Shown one piece after another: positions 40,177 through 52,771 of a DNA stretch of 64,000 nucleotides. The DNA is taken from NCBI RefSeq assembly GCF_026571515.1, contig NW_026859492.1:1-64000 (forward strand), read 5' to 3'. The notes beneath the pieces are model-generated. The model did no database searches. It was not told where the DNA came from and worked only from the letters and a program-made list of their open reading frames with translations. The first letter of the stretch is position 1. Every line of letters begins with the position of its first letter. This stretch comes from Ruditapes philippinarum. Lineage: Eukaryota. Both the position numbers and the translations under genes were made by a program.

Positions 40177-41696
40177 ACGACTTAGACTTCCATTCTTATC
40201 CTTTTCTTTATTATAAAATGCTTTATATGTATTGTAAATGTATATATTTATTATATACTTATAAATGAAATATTGAGAAATATTGATGAGATATTATGCT
40301 TGTTTTCAGTAAAATTCCATTTTTTTACATTACTGTCTTGTCGGACTACTTTTTTCTAAATTCAGCAAATAAACAGAATTAAACGGGTAGTCTTTCATTT
40401 TTTTTCTTATAAGTACAGGATTTATTTTCATCTTGTGATATGAAAAGTTTTATATTTCATGTCACTCGATGAAATTGAATCAAGTATTTATAGATACAAA
40501 AATTGATAATATTATGTTTATACATCTATTCGGGAAAAAGTCATATCCACATATGTTTTGTGGCGTTTTAATTTACTCTACTATTTACTTTTGTTGTATT
40601 TATATCATATACTCATACTGATTCGTTGTTATTCCGTCTAAGTTATTCAATCCTCTACAATATGCTAAATCGGCGAAACATCGCAACTCTATTATAACCT
40701 TTGCTAAATGATGCAATTTTTTTTTTGTATTTGTACGGCCGCTATGCAGTTTCTGGGATATACGATAACAATTTTCTTGACGAAAATTTCCTCCGCCTTG
40801 AACTAAATTTGTAAAATGGCGGCGCTGATTCCCGATTGGACGAAAACACATAGGAGCGATAATCTCCGTGTTTCCCGTCCCCTTATCGTATGCCCCAGGC
40901 AGTTTAAAACAATTTTAAAAAACGCGCTCAATTATTCATGAAGTTTAACATTTTGGGAGTCATGCGTCTAATTTTAGAAATATTTTACCGATATAATTAA
41001 TCTTCATTATCAGAACTGATAATTATATTGATTACCCTTTATACGAGGCAATCAAATAATTACCGGCGATCGTATCGCCATCTGCGATCTTTGTTATAGA
41101 AACGCTTTCAAATTTGAAGCGATAATAGCTATAAGTCGATAATTACACGGTTTCCGTTAGCCTCCATACATGACACTCGATATGTATTGGAAATAGTTAG
41201 CTAGAAATAACAACGTCGGTTAATATCCATCACTTCGCATTATTCTTTGATCAATAAAGTTATTGAATTTTCACTTTTTACCTATCTATGGTATTTGTCT
41301 ATTGATTGGTCCTTACACGCATGGTTTAGCTATAACGTATTGATCGAAGCTAGAAAGCCGGAGCGTACCGAAACTATTTCCGATCATTTGATACAGTGTG
41401 CCGGTGAAACTATAACGTTTCGGACAGTGTTAGACTATTGGAAATATTATGATTTAACATGAATGGATGTTGAATAAAAAATGATCAACGTTTGTAAAGG
41501 GAAATGAAACCGATTCCGTAACCAAGACAGCCGTAATTTTCTAACAACATTATTATAACGAAATGGAAAGTGAGACTCGTATTAAGAAATTGATGGAATA
41601 ATGCGTTTGATTATAACATGTTAAAGGCATGGAGATTCGCTTGCAGACGAGTTTATAAGGAAATATAAGTGACGTTTGATATAAGAATCGAAAGTG

Positions 41697-41727
<31 letters not shown>

Positions 41728-44700
41728 TGATTTATTTATAAATAAAAGTTGTCATACTTTTTATATCATAATAGTAGTCGCAATTTTTTTTCTACATTTA
41801 ATAAATGATATCATAAAGGATTATGACAAATATTATTTTCGGAAAAAAAGCAGACAGTTAAGATTTTTAAGCTGAAAAAAAGAGATTTTCAACTAAAAAT
41901 TAAATGACTGAAATTTTGAGACAATGATGATATTGCTTTGATTTCATTGTGTAAACTTGTAAAACTGACTAAAAACAATAACTGTTCAAAAAGAATTGCA
42001 TATAATTTTCTTGTAATATATTCATGACTTTTGCTTCTCTATGTTAACTAAGCTAAATATGTAAAGTACTAACCCCACCTTTTATTAAACAGTGATAATT
42101 GTTGTGAAAATAATCGTATATGTAATGTGCGTGTTTAATTCAATATAAATAAACGTCTGAAGATTTTAAAATAATAAACCACCTGAGTGTGCTATGATAA
42201 AAAACAGGAAAAACATAAAGCAGAAAGATATCATAAAAGAAGTTTATTCAAACGCACGGAATACGTCTCAATATCATGGAATTATTCAATAAAATACTTA
42301 TGAGGAATTTACCGTACAGATTGGCTTTCATTTACATTATTATGTATACCGGAGCTGTCCTAGCACCGAATCCTGAGAATGTCTACCCACTAATGCGAAC
42401 GTAAGTCATATTTTTTTTTTACTTTTTTACTTTTCTTTTTTTCTTCTTTTTTTTCTTCTTCTTCTTCTCGCTGACAAGTAAAAAAATGCAAGTTAAATAA
42501 GTAAACATTTTATCACATGTTAAACATTCATTTGTTATCTAAGAATAAGTATTTACCCTTAATCATGCACATTGAATCATTATACGTATATAAAATCATT
42601 TACTAGTATACGTTACACTACCATATTAGTGCGGGAAAACGTGATTTCAGTACTTTATACAGTTTCACTATAAAATGTTTAAAATTAGTCACCAGGGTAA
42701 GCATTTGTTTGATTTTATTATGTAGGTTTTTAAGCCTGAAAATGGTATTTTTACTATTCTTGTTCAGCGATTTTGAAAAAAAGGTTTTTAAAGGTTTCAC
42801 TATTCGTTTCTTAATATGATTGCTTATAATTGTATACATTAGTCTTGAAAATAATTTAATTTGACAGTGTAATTTAGATATCCGTATATCTATATCTATA
42901 TATCAAAGGGATGATTTCCTCTATCAATCGGTTACACACATAATCAAACAACATATACACGCTTATAAATGTATGGGCTTCAAACGTACGACAATTCCAA
43001 TAGAATAAAGGCACTTATTCCATGAATAATTTATCACTCCGTGTAGCTAATTTCTATTGTGAAGAAAGCCAGTCGTCCCCAGAGAGAGCTCGAACCCGTT
43101 AAATAATTCAAGCGAACTGTAGAAACTCTAGATAAGAACAATAAAAAAAGTTTTAAAAAAGAAGTAAAAGAAAAAGAGAGAGAAAGAGGAAACCGGCCGC
43201 GATCGTTTCTGTTAATTTTATCTATAGTATGACATATATCAAGAATTATACATGCATCCATATATCGTACATCAGTCATCAGGGTAGACGTTTATTGATT
43301 GATATTTGAAATTGTGTCGGTTTTTCATATATTTGTCCTAACATGTACGTGTATATTCTCATATTTAAGCAATATCGTGCAGATTTAATCTTAAGTTTTA
43401 AGACTGAAATCACGCCAGCTTTTCAAGATCTTAAAACTGTAAACTCAAATAAGCGCTCGTCATTCTAACATGAAATATAGTTGCGTAACATAATGTCAAG
43501 TAAAATACTTATATGAATGTAGACAAGCAATTTACATTTGTCTACAATTGCAGAAATCAGTGACGCTGACATAAAACGCCGGGCAGGTAGCGCATGTTTA
43601 TTTATGTAATTGCGTCTGCAAAACTCCCGCGAGATTTGACGGCTCGATAATATGTGTAAAGTTCATTTTATTATAAAGATTTACAAGGAAATATTTGAAA
43701 AGTATGTACGAACGTCTCACAAAGAAGCAGATCAGTATATGCCGGGTAAAATGCGACTTTCAATAACGTTGTTGTAACATTTATAAAAGGGGAGTTGGGT
43801 ATTCAATGTATTAAGACGAGTTGCTTTTCAAAACCGATTGCATTCCGGTTTCTACACTTATGCTGATGAAAACATCTATTTCTAGTATGATAAAATTAAT
43901 GCTTCAATATAAATCGCCTATACATATGTATATGGTTTAATATATTTTAAATGATTCTTACCCTTATAGAGAATATCCAATGAGATATAATTCGTATATC
44001 AGTGTAGGTGCCTGAATATCACCTTTAGAGGAAATATCAATCACCATCCATATGTATTTTTACGTATAGTAGGATAAATTACACACGTCTGTCAGAATGA
44101 TATGAATAGTGAATACTGCATGCCTTCCCTCATTCTGGTATACTATAGGCAGGCGTAGCCTCGCAATAATATTCCAGTTCTCGGCTTAACGATATCTTTA
44201 TCACACCGAAACCGACATTCCATTTATATACTTATACATGGGGGTTTGCTCGCCCATATGGTATTTTCCGGTGGCGAGGATAAATAAATCAAACACACAC
44301 AACAAAAAGGTAAAGGCTTGTTGTTGGCTGTTTACACGATTTACAGGAAAAATAAACAAAAAAAGTCTTACATCTTCTATCAAGTGCGTTTTTATTTTTC
44401 ATCTTGTTGCTCATTTCGTTTCGAATGTCATTATTTATTATCAATAATCGTTATTGACGAGTTTGGAAATGCACAATTATGTATCTGTTGGATAAAAATA
44501 TTTTCAGAAGTACATTTTTGATAAATACGAGTATTATGTTATATCTTTGAAAGATATACAAATATAGCATTGTCACAGTATTGGAACAGAGTCTTATTGT
44601 CGTTAGGTATTCTAATCACGTGCAATTGAATCCCGGGTAAAGCATCTGTTCTTTCGGATAATTTTGTTGGCTGTAGTTGACTGAATTGTATTATGCCGTG

Positions 44701-45366
44701 ATATGACGAATATACATCCACTTATTCTAAATATAGTATCAATCATTTCGAAAAAGACTGTTACAAAACTTAAAGAATATATCTTGTTTTAATTATACAC
44801 CAGTATATCTTTCATTCTAGATCTCCCAAATTGCTGTCTTAACACTGGGAATTACGTGTAACAAAATCAATCAGACAAAACAAACACGATTGAAAACGTT
44901 TCTTTCTTAAACATCTTTAAATTGATAATTTCTCTGTTTGGAAAACAGAAAGAAGAATAATTTATTGTTTTCTCGTTCTTAATTAACTAAGTGCCTGTTT
45001 AACAGGACGGAGTTCTTTCGACAATCGCTTTAAGCCATTAACCTTTCGAAATTTACAATTTCCCTTGATCGGTATGAATTTATTCTGTCTGTAACAGTCG
45101 TCGTAACATCAATATTTTGAGCATGATTGAGGTGAAATGCGAGATTACCGTGATTTCTTGACAGGGGAATCAATGTCTTGAAGTGTTACCGATACAGTGT
45201 GCTCTTCCATGAGAGAACAGAAAAAAAAATGAGAGGAAAAACACAAATAAACAAAAACGTGCACCGTACGCTGTATATAAGTTATTTACTAATAAAACTG
45301 ATGCAAAAGTTTTAATTAGTTTTCATTCCCTTAAGCGCTGAAAAAAAGCTGTACTAATTATAATTC

Positions 45367-45569
45367 NNNNNNNNNNNNNNNNNNNNNNNNNNNNNNNNNN
45401 NNNNNNNNNNNNNNNNNNNNNNNNNNNNNNNNNNNNNNNNNNNNNNNNNNNNNNNNNNNNNNNNNNNNNNNNNNNNNNNNNNNNNNNNNNNNNNNNNNNN
45501 NNNNNNNNNNNNNNNNNNNNNNNNNNNNNNNNNNNNNNNNNNNNNNNNNNNNNNNNNNNNNNNNNNNNN
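45367..45569. other. Assembly gap
   Basis: Run of N, at the position where unit 2 has an (AAT)n(ATT)n tract. Confidence 1.
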
Positions 45570-45589
45570 AAATAAAAAAGTAGACAATT

Positions 45590-45765
45590 TGTTGTCTGGT
45601 ATATAACCATTGCCTAACGGCACACTCTCGAATCCTATCCTGGAACCAACCAATTTTCAGCAATGCGTGTTAAGTTTAATATCAAAAAAAATCAACGACG
45701 TGTCCTGGAAAGGGTTTAAACACACGCATCTAGTCCGACGCCTTAACCACTAGGCCATCCCGCAA
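45590..45765 (-). mobile_element. Degenerate SINE (family of 12273), duplicated at 53116-53282
   Basis: CTAGTCCGACGCCTTAACCACTAGGCCA (minus A box TGGCCTAGTGG) and TCGAATCC..CTGGAACCAACCA; matches 12332-12440. Confidence 0.75.
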
Positions 45766-47639
45766 CTAGATGGTCTTATTGCATATGTTCCCGGGAATAT
45801 ATGCCTTAAAGTGACATAATATAATTTCTATTCAAAGGACTGTTAGCTTATTTTGTCAATCTATGTAACATTGATGCATGCTATATTTGAGTTCACGTGA
45901 CGTCATATAACGCACAAACTTACCCGCGTAAGTCAAAACGGTCGCTTTATTGATTTCAAAATACAAAACATGACTCAGATTAAAAAATGGAGAAATTTTA
46001 CATTTTAATGTGAGATAATATGCATTCCGTTATTTAAGTATCATTTCATTTGCAATTTTAATGCACTTACATCGATTTTGTAATATTTCTGACAGATCTA
46101 AGAATGAATAAACACGGAGTATTCCCCCGAGAATCGGAAGAAATTTTAAATAGTCGAAGGATACAAAGAATTGAAAACTAAGGAAGCACATTGAGGTAGT
46201 TTTGAGTTACAAGTTAAAAGGCATAAATTCAAACTTAGATGTTAAATGTTAGATCTGGGCTTCCGTAGAAATTAGCGGATTTTCGCATTTCTTCAATCAA
46301 AATGACTTGTTTTTTTCAAATAAGATATAAGTATAAAGCAGTATTATTTTGATTTTTTCGTTATATGCGGTGTTCAAATGCATTGTTAATTAATGTGCTA
46401 CAAAATGAACACAATTGTAAAAAAACGGGTGCTATTTTTACTGTCACTGTTCAAATTTACTTGATTTATCACATGTGTATGCTATTAGATTGATAATTAG
46501 TAAATCTATTGATTTCTTTGAGTGAAACATTATAATGCCAGCTACTAATGATCACCAAAATTGTTGATCAACTCGTTAATTAAATTCAGCAGATCTATAC
46601 AACCCTCATGTAAACTTGTTTCATTATCCTCTACTTTTTCAACTACGGTTTTCATTCGTTAGCTATGGAAAACAGAAGTTAGATAAATGTCAAATCCTAT
46701 TTATTTTTAACTGAGCGCGATGTAGAATGTTTGTTTTCGTTCAGAACATTCACAAATATAACAAACAAAAACCCTCTCATAGATTAAAATTGCAGACATA
46801 CATTTCCAAATCACTGCTCCCACATTATATATGGCACATACCTCACTAAGTGTGAGTGTTTTGGTGTTGTTGTGTTGTTGTTTTTACCGTAGGCTTTAGA
46901 ATATAGCAAAAAAAAAAGTTGAGGATAAATGCATTATAAATAAATGATTGCAATCGCTTACAGTAATGCTGTATTTCCCGAAAGGACTATTGAATCGATC
47001 AACAAAATTAGCATAAATTGCAAATTACTCTCAGTATCTGTCTAACAGACCTGATATATTTAAATAACTGCCAACTCCATATCAGTAATACAAACTGATC
47101 ATATTCATATGACGCACTCATTTATTCATCTAATATAGCCAATGTCGACACCAATCCATGCATAATGAAGCGCGAATTTTTCAGAACAGAAAACTCGATA
47201 ATTCATCATCATTTCGCATTCGTCAATATTCGTTTATACGCATGGAGGTACTAACTAATGTGGGCTTGCTACTCGTTTACAGTAGACATTACTAAATACA
47301 TTGAGTGATATTGACTAATTGTTCCGTACGAATTTATCTAAACGTTAATATTTGCAATCTATTAAGCAACAAATCAACTGGCTTTTACTTTTTCCCGCGG
47401 AATACAAAATCAAACGCACGTCAATATTCGGTATATGAAAACAAACTTTAGAACGAATAACGGCACATATTGATACGAAATGTGATATAAACACACTGAT
47501 AAAAACATCATTTTGTGATAAAAATAAAGGAAAACATCCAAACTATTTAGGTCCTTAGTTTGGTTTAATTTAAACATATTTATTTTAGCTTGATTGCGAA
47601 ACAAGTTTCTTGCAACTAACATCAATCACTTTTGAGTCA

Positions 47640-47761
47640 GCTTCCTGGAACTATCCAGTTCTGGTGTCATATGAAGAAACATGATCTCGACCTGTTTAGG
47701 GCTCGTACCCACGATATCTTGGTTGAGAGGCAGACACATAAACCACTAGGACTAAGCTCCC
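47640..47761 (-). mobile_element. Degenerate tRNA-derived SINE remnant, duplicated at ~58985-59108
   Basis: GGGCTCGTACCCACGA (B-box-like on minus strand) and AACCACTAGG (A-box-like on minus strand). Confidence 0.55.
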
Positions 47762-48774
47762 TTTATTTAGGATCTTCGTCAGCACTGGATTGCTTTTCTG
47801 AATCAAATGCATCAAACGTCTTGTTTCAATTAATGACATTGTTAATACGATCAATATGTATAAAGTAAGTTTGATTCGCAGCATCTATTTTCTAATCTCC
47901 ATCGCCGCTATGGCAGGAATTAATTTTCTTTTGTACGTGACAACAATTAAGAAAATGGTAAATGACAATGGAAGCTGGAATCTTGATTAGGTTGTTTCAT
48001 TTAAATTGCTGTTTATTGAAAAGACGAGAATGCAATACCGGAAATTATTTTATGCAATATCAGCAGTTTTCTTGAATTGATCGTTAATGTATTGCTAAAC
48101 AAATGGCGTCCTGGCTTTTAAGTAGCTTTTAGTTGTTTTGTTTGTATTGTTAATGTGGAGTATTGTATTACATCGCCTGGTTTATGACATTTTATAGCAA
48201 ATTATTGATTAGTGTATAGAATTGTCAGTCTATATAAGGCTGCAGTTAAATATCGTGTCCTATAAGAATTCAAGAATCAAGTACCACCATAGTTATTCAC
48301 ATTTGAAAAGGTATACAGCTATATCTAATGCAATGTATACGATATTTATATTTCTTTTAATTCATAAAAATGTAAAACTTTGTTGTATGTTGTTTCATAA
48401 TCGCATGATTGTTTGTCGGAAGAATGGTATTGGTAATATGTTTCTGTTATTTAACACACATAATAATTAATTAGTTAATAAATTTAATTAAATGAGATGT
48501 TTTTGAAAAACATCTTATTTTCTTTCATTTTAGTAGGGTTTCTATCGTTTCCCAATGACTTCGAGCATGCGCACGTTATGCAATATATCAAGTCTTTCAA
48601 ATAGAATATTTTTAGCACTGTCAGGTATTTTGGATTTTTTTTGTTTGCAAAATTTCAGAAACAAGTTTGTTTACTAAAGAGAGCAGCTAGCTATATAGCT
48701 TGAAACACTGACAATTTTAGCTATTTTCATTAATCCAAATAAATCTAAATAAATATATACACACATTGGTTGTT

Positions 48775-48980
48775 CGCTTCACGTGACCGAGTAGATAAAG
48801 ATGACGACCTTATATATCCTGCTCCTCACCGCAGTTGGTTCGAATTGCGTCAAGGATTTGGGGTTATTTCATGTGGCTTACGGAAGGTCGGTTGATTTAC
48901 TCAGGTACCCGCATATACCTGAAATAATGAACAAATGGGTACCCGAGACCTTTGACTTGTTTATACATCAAGATCAGTAA
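48775..48980 (+). mobile_element. tRNA-derived SINE (family of 2690), duplicated at 60132-60337
   Basis: TGACCGAGT(A/G)G, GGTTCGAAT, GGCTTACGGAAGGTCGGT..ACTCAGGTACCCG..CCTGAAATAATG. Confidence 0.8.
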
Positions 48981-50839
48981 CACCTAACTGACTTCAATTA
49001 ATGCTAAATGTCACTCTTATAATGTCGTGCACACTGTAAACATGTTTCCTCGTATCATTTGTCATCCGATTCATCTATATGGGCAAATTATGATTATATT
49101 GAATGTCTAAACGTATGATAAAATATATGTGGACAAAATACTAACAACGTTTGAATCATAATGGAAGGCTGATCAGAAAATAAGACATAATGTACTCAAG
49201 TACATAATGATAGAGAATATTGCAATCCACAATATGTTAATCGTCTATTGCTTGTTAATGTTGGTGACCTTTACAAGAAATTTGCTTAATTGAATTGACG
49301 TGATGAGCAGAAATATTGTATATCACTTCAGCTCTTAATTAGGTATATGAAATATTATAGCGTTTAGCCTGAAAAAGTCGCTGTTATAAAAAAAGAACTC
49401 TACAATAACAAATATCTACAAAAGATCTAGATGAAAGGTAATCATCCGAAAGCATGTACATGAATTACATTGCAGACTCGGTGTGAATCTGTACTTGAGG
49501 GATAATGAGCAAGTGCAACACACCCCTGTCACCCTGTAGCACCAGCTTGAGCGGTGGTACAAACCTTTCAACACTACAAAGTGCTAGAATCAATGATCCC
49601 GAAGGACCAGAAAAATACAATGATACGACCACGGAACTACAGTGCTTTTATCTTTGTATGATAATAATAAGGGAATATTTTTACATGCTTACAAATTATT
49701 TGCATGATGTGGGTTGAAATCGCTCCATACCAGGCACACAAGTGTATCATAGTACTCAATATACCAAACAATTTCATTTATATTTGATGAACTTGCATAT
49801 CAACCATGCATGATCATTGCCAACCGGGCATTTACCCTCATACAATATTAAATTATTGTAGAATGTGCTCGAAGCACTGTCAATTGATTTATTCTAATCA
49901 TTAAACTGAATATCCCATATTGACACTTTCCATATGTACATTATACATGTTTTTAAAATCGAGTTTAGAGTGGTGAATTTAAAATTACAAAATTATTGAG
50001 CCATTATCACTGGCTCCCTTTTGAAGAAGTTAACACACCTAAGCAAAGTGGAACTTACGAGAGGATTGACTTCTTATGTCAACATTGATTTAGGTTCCAA
50101 GGGCATGATTTATTACCATGTCTATGAATACGACTTTCTCAATTGAGTCTGGCACTTTACTTTCTCTGTGTTGACTGCAAATTTTTATAAACGTCTATAC
50201 TTTTGTAAGCTTTCTGAATCAGATATCGAAAAATATAAAATGTATGCCCGATGGTATTGAATAATAAATACTTAAGTTGAAAAGCAATTTCAATTTATAT
50301 ATTATTATAGTTTACAGACACTATTACGTGCTTTGTAAATGTATACCACACCTTTGCGGAGCTCTTGTGCAAAATCATTTACTGTGCTAAGAAATGTTTT
50401 TTTTATCAAGGCATGTCTTATTAATTGAGTTTACTTTTCCTTACGATAATACATATAAGTTTATACAAGCCTCTTTATACTTCAAAGTAAATTAAGTAAT
50501 CACAAATATAGCGTTTTCCTAACTATTAGATTTATCAATGTCCTTTAAAGCGAGGCTACAAATGAAGATGACGAATGGTTCGATTGACAATTATTGACCA
50601 AGGAGAATAATAAGACAAAATAAGTCATAAACGTGTCATACTCTCAATTATTCATCTTCTGAGAAGGAAACAACCCGTTTGTTTAATAACCCGGTATTAA
50701 TAACAGGAAATATCGATCGTAATATTGTTGTACTTCAATTATACTATTATACTCAACATCTGAACATATAAATGCCATTGATTTCCCTGTTGTTTATGGT
50801 AGAATTATGTTCATAATTTTTATTATAACTGCATTCGGT

Positions 50840-51530
50840 TTGAAATTCTATGGTCTAGAAATGGTCTTTTACCATTTTATATACAGATAATTGTTAACGG
50901 TCAATATTATTACCATATATATCTTTTTCGGGTACATGTAAATTTATTAACAGTTGTGTCATTGAATAACTACCGCCCACTTTTTATTTAGCAATTTACC
51001 ACGTGTTGATTATAAGCCAATTCCGACGACTGTATATTGCATGTGCTAAGACTAGTTAACTCTTATGTGCTATGATTAACAACATTCGACTGTATGTGTA
51101 AGCAACGGTAACTATATATACCCATTTACCACGAATGACTCTATATGCATTGCTTAATCATTGTTGATTATTTATGTATTGATTATTCACTGATAATTTT
51201 ATGGTTATTGATTTACCAATTGTAACTATCATGTATATTAATTTAATATGTATAACTGTATGTACTTTAAAAAAAGCCATTGCCGAATGTATGTTCATTG
51301 ATTACCATTGCCGACTGTATAAATGTCAACGGTTTGTTCATTTAGCAACCACTTCCGCCTGTATTTTCATTCATTCATTGACAGTATGTACATTGAATTA
51401 ACACTGTTCCATGTATGTGCTTCGATTTACCACTACAAAATGTATGTGTTGATTTATTACAGTAATTGCTGATTATTCTACAGCATGATTAACCACTTTA
51501 AAATGCCAGTGCACTGATAAACCATGTATA
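50840..51530. repeat. Highly degenerate ~30-bp tandem repeat
   Basis: Recurrent ATTGATT(A/T)ACCA..CCGACTGTATGTGC variants (e.g. 51006, 51073, 51207, 51297, 51423, 51486). Confidence 0.65.
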
Positions 51531-52697
51531 TTGTGTCCGTGTAACCTGTCAAATATCATATTCAAACCATGGCTGGACCGAAATAAAAAGATAAGTTTTG
51601 AATGATGATACACACAATGTATAGGAAACATATTTGCCTTCATAATGATCAAATATTTGTCCCAAAGTCAGCCAGGAACACGAAACGTTTGTCTGTTCAA
51701 TTTTGTCACAAGCAGCGATTATTTACTCTCCATTATCGTTATTGACGAGTTTGCAAATGCAACATTATGTATTCGTAGGATTAAAATAATTTCAGAAGTA
51801 CACATTTGATAACAATTATGTTATATTTTGGAAGATATACAAATATAACATTGTCACAGTATTGGAACGGAGTCTTGTTGCCGTTAGGTATGCTAACCAC
51901 GTGCTATCGAATCTCGGGTAGAGCATCTGTTATTTCGGATAATTTTGTTGGCTGTACTTGACTGAATTGTATTATGCCGTGAAATGACGAATAAACATCC
52001 AGTTATTCTAAATATAGTATCAATCATTTCAAAAAAGACTGTTACAAAACTGAAAGAATATATCTTGTTTAAATTATACACCAGTATAATTATCTTTCAT
52101 TGTAGATCTCCCGAATTGCTGTCTTAACACTGGGAATCACGTGTAACAAAATCAATCAGACAAAACAAACACAAATTGAAAACGTTTCTTTCTTTAAACA
52201 TCTTTAAATTGATGATTTCTCTGTTTGGAAAACAGAAAGAGGAACAATTTATTGTTTTCTCGTTGTTAATTCACTAAGTGCCTGTTTAACAGGACGGAGT
52301 TCTTTCGACAATCGCTTTAAGCCATTACCCTTTCCAATTTACAATTTTACAATTTCCCTTGATCGGTATGAATTTATTCTGTCTGTAACAGTCGTCGTAA
52401 CATCAATATTTTAAGCATGATTGAGGTGAAATGCGAGATTACCGTGATTCTTGACAGGGGATTCAATGTCTTGAAGTGTTACCGATACAATGTGCTCTTC
52501 CATGAGAGAACAGAAATAGAAAAAAAGTAATGGAAAAAACAAAGAAACAAACACAAAAACTGTACGTGTACCGTACGCTATATATAAGCTATTTACAAAT
52601 AAGACTGATGCAAAAGTTTTAATTAATTTTCATTCACTAAAGTGATGAAAAGAACTGTACTAATTATAATTTTGTAAAAACAAATGTAAACATAAAA

Positions 52698-52718
52698 TAA
52701 TTAATAATAATAATAATA

Positions 52719-52771
<53 letters not shown>
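52698..52771. repeat. (AAT)n(ATT)n microsatellite
   Basis: Direct. Confidence 0.95.

Larger units (their letters stand above)
44446..51730. repeat. Right-arm tandem unit 1 (~7.3 kb)
   Basis: 44446-45366 ~ 51733-52671 ~ 61752-62622; 45590-47522 ~ 53116-55026; 47523-50352 ~ 58870-61748; long exact matches between copies. Confidence 0.95.

Noticed and set aside
40790-43640. Bidirectional promoter at the pivot (AAAATGGCGG at 40813, ATTGG at 40835, TCCCGCGAGA at 43625)
   Set aside because: Isolated short motifs; similar words occur inside TEs in this window and 40300-41650 may itself be TE-derived. Not supportable without TSS data.
15241-45663. ORFs containing X runs
   Set aside because: Artefacts of the three N gaps.
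47632-47868. ORF conserved with 58945-59214
   Set aside because: Runs through an antisense SINE remnant, has a non-ATG start and many replacement changes; recent duplication explains the similarity.
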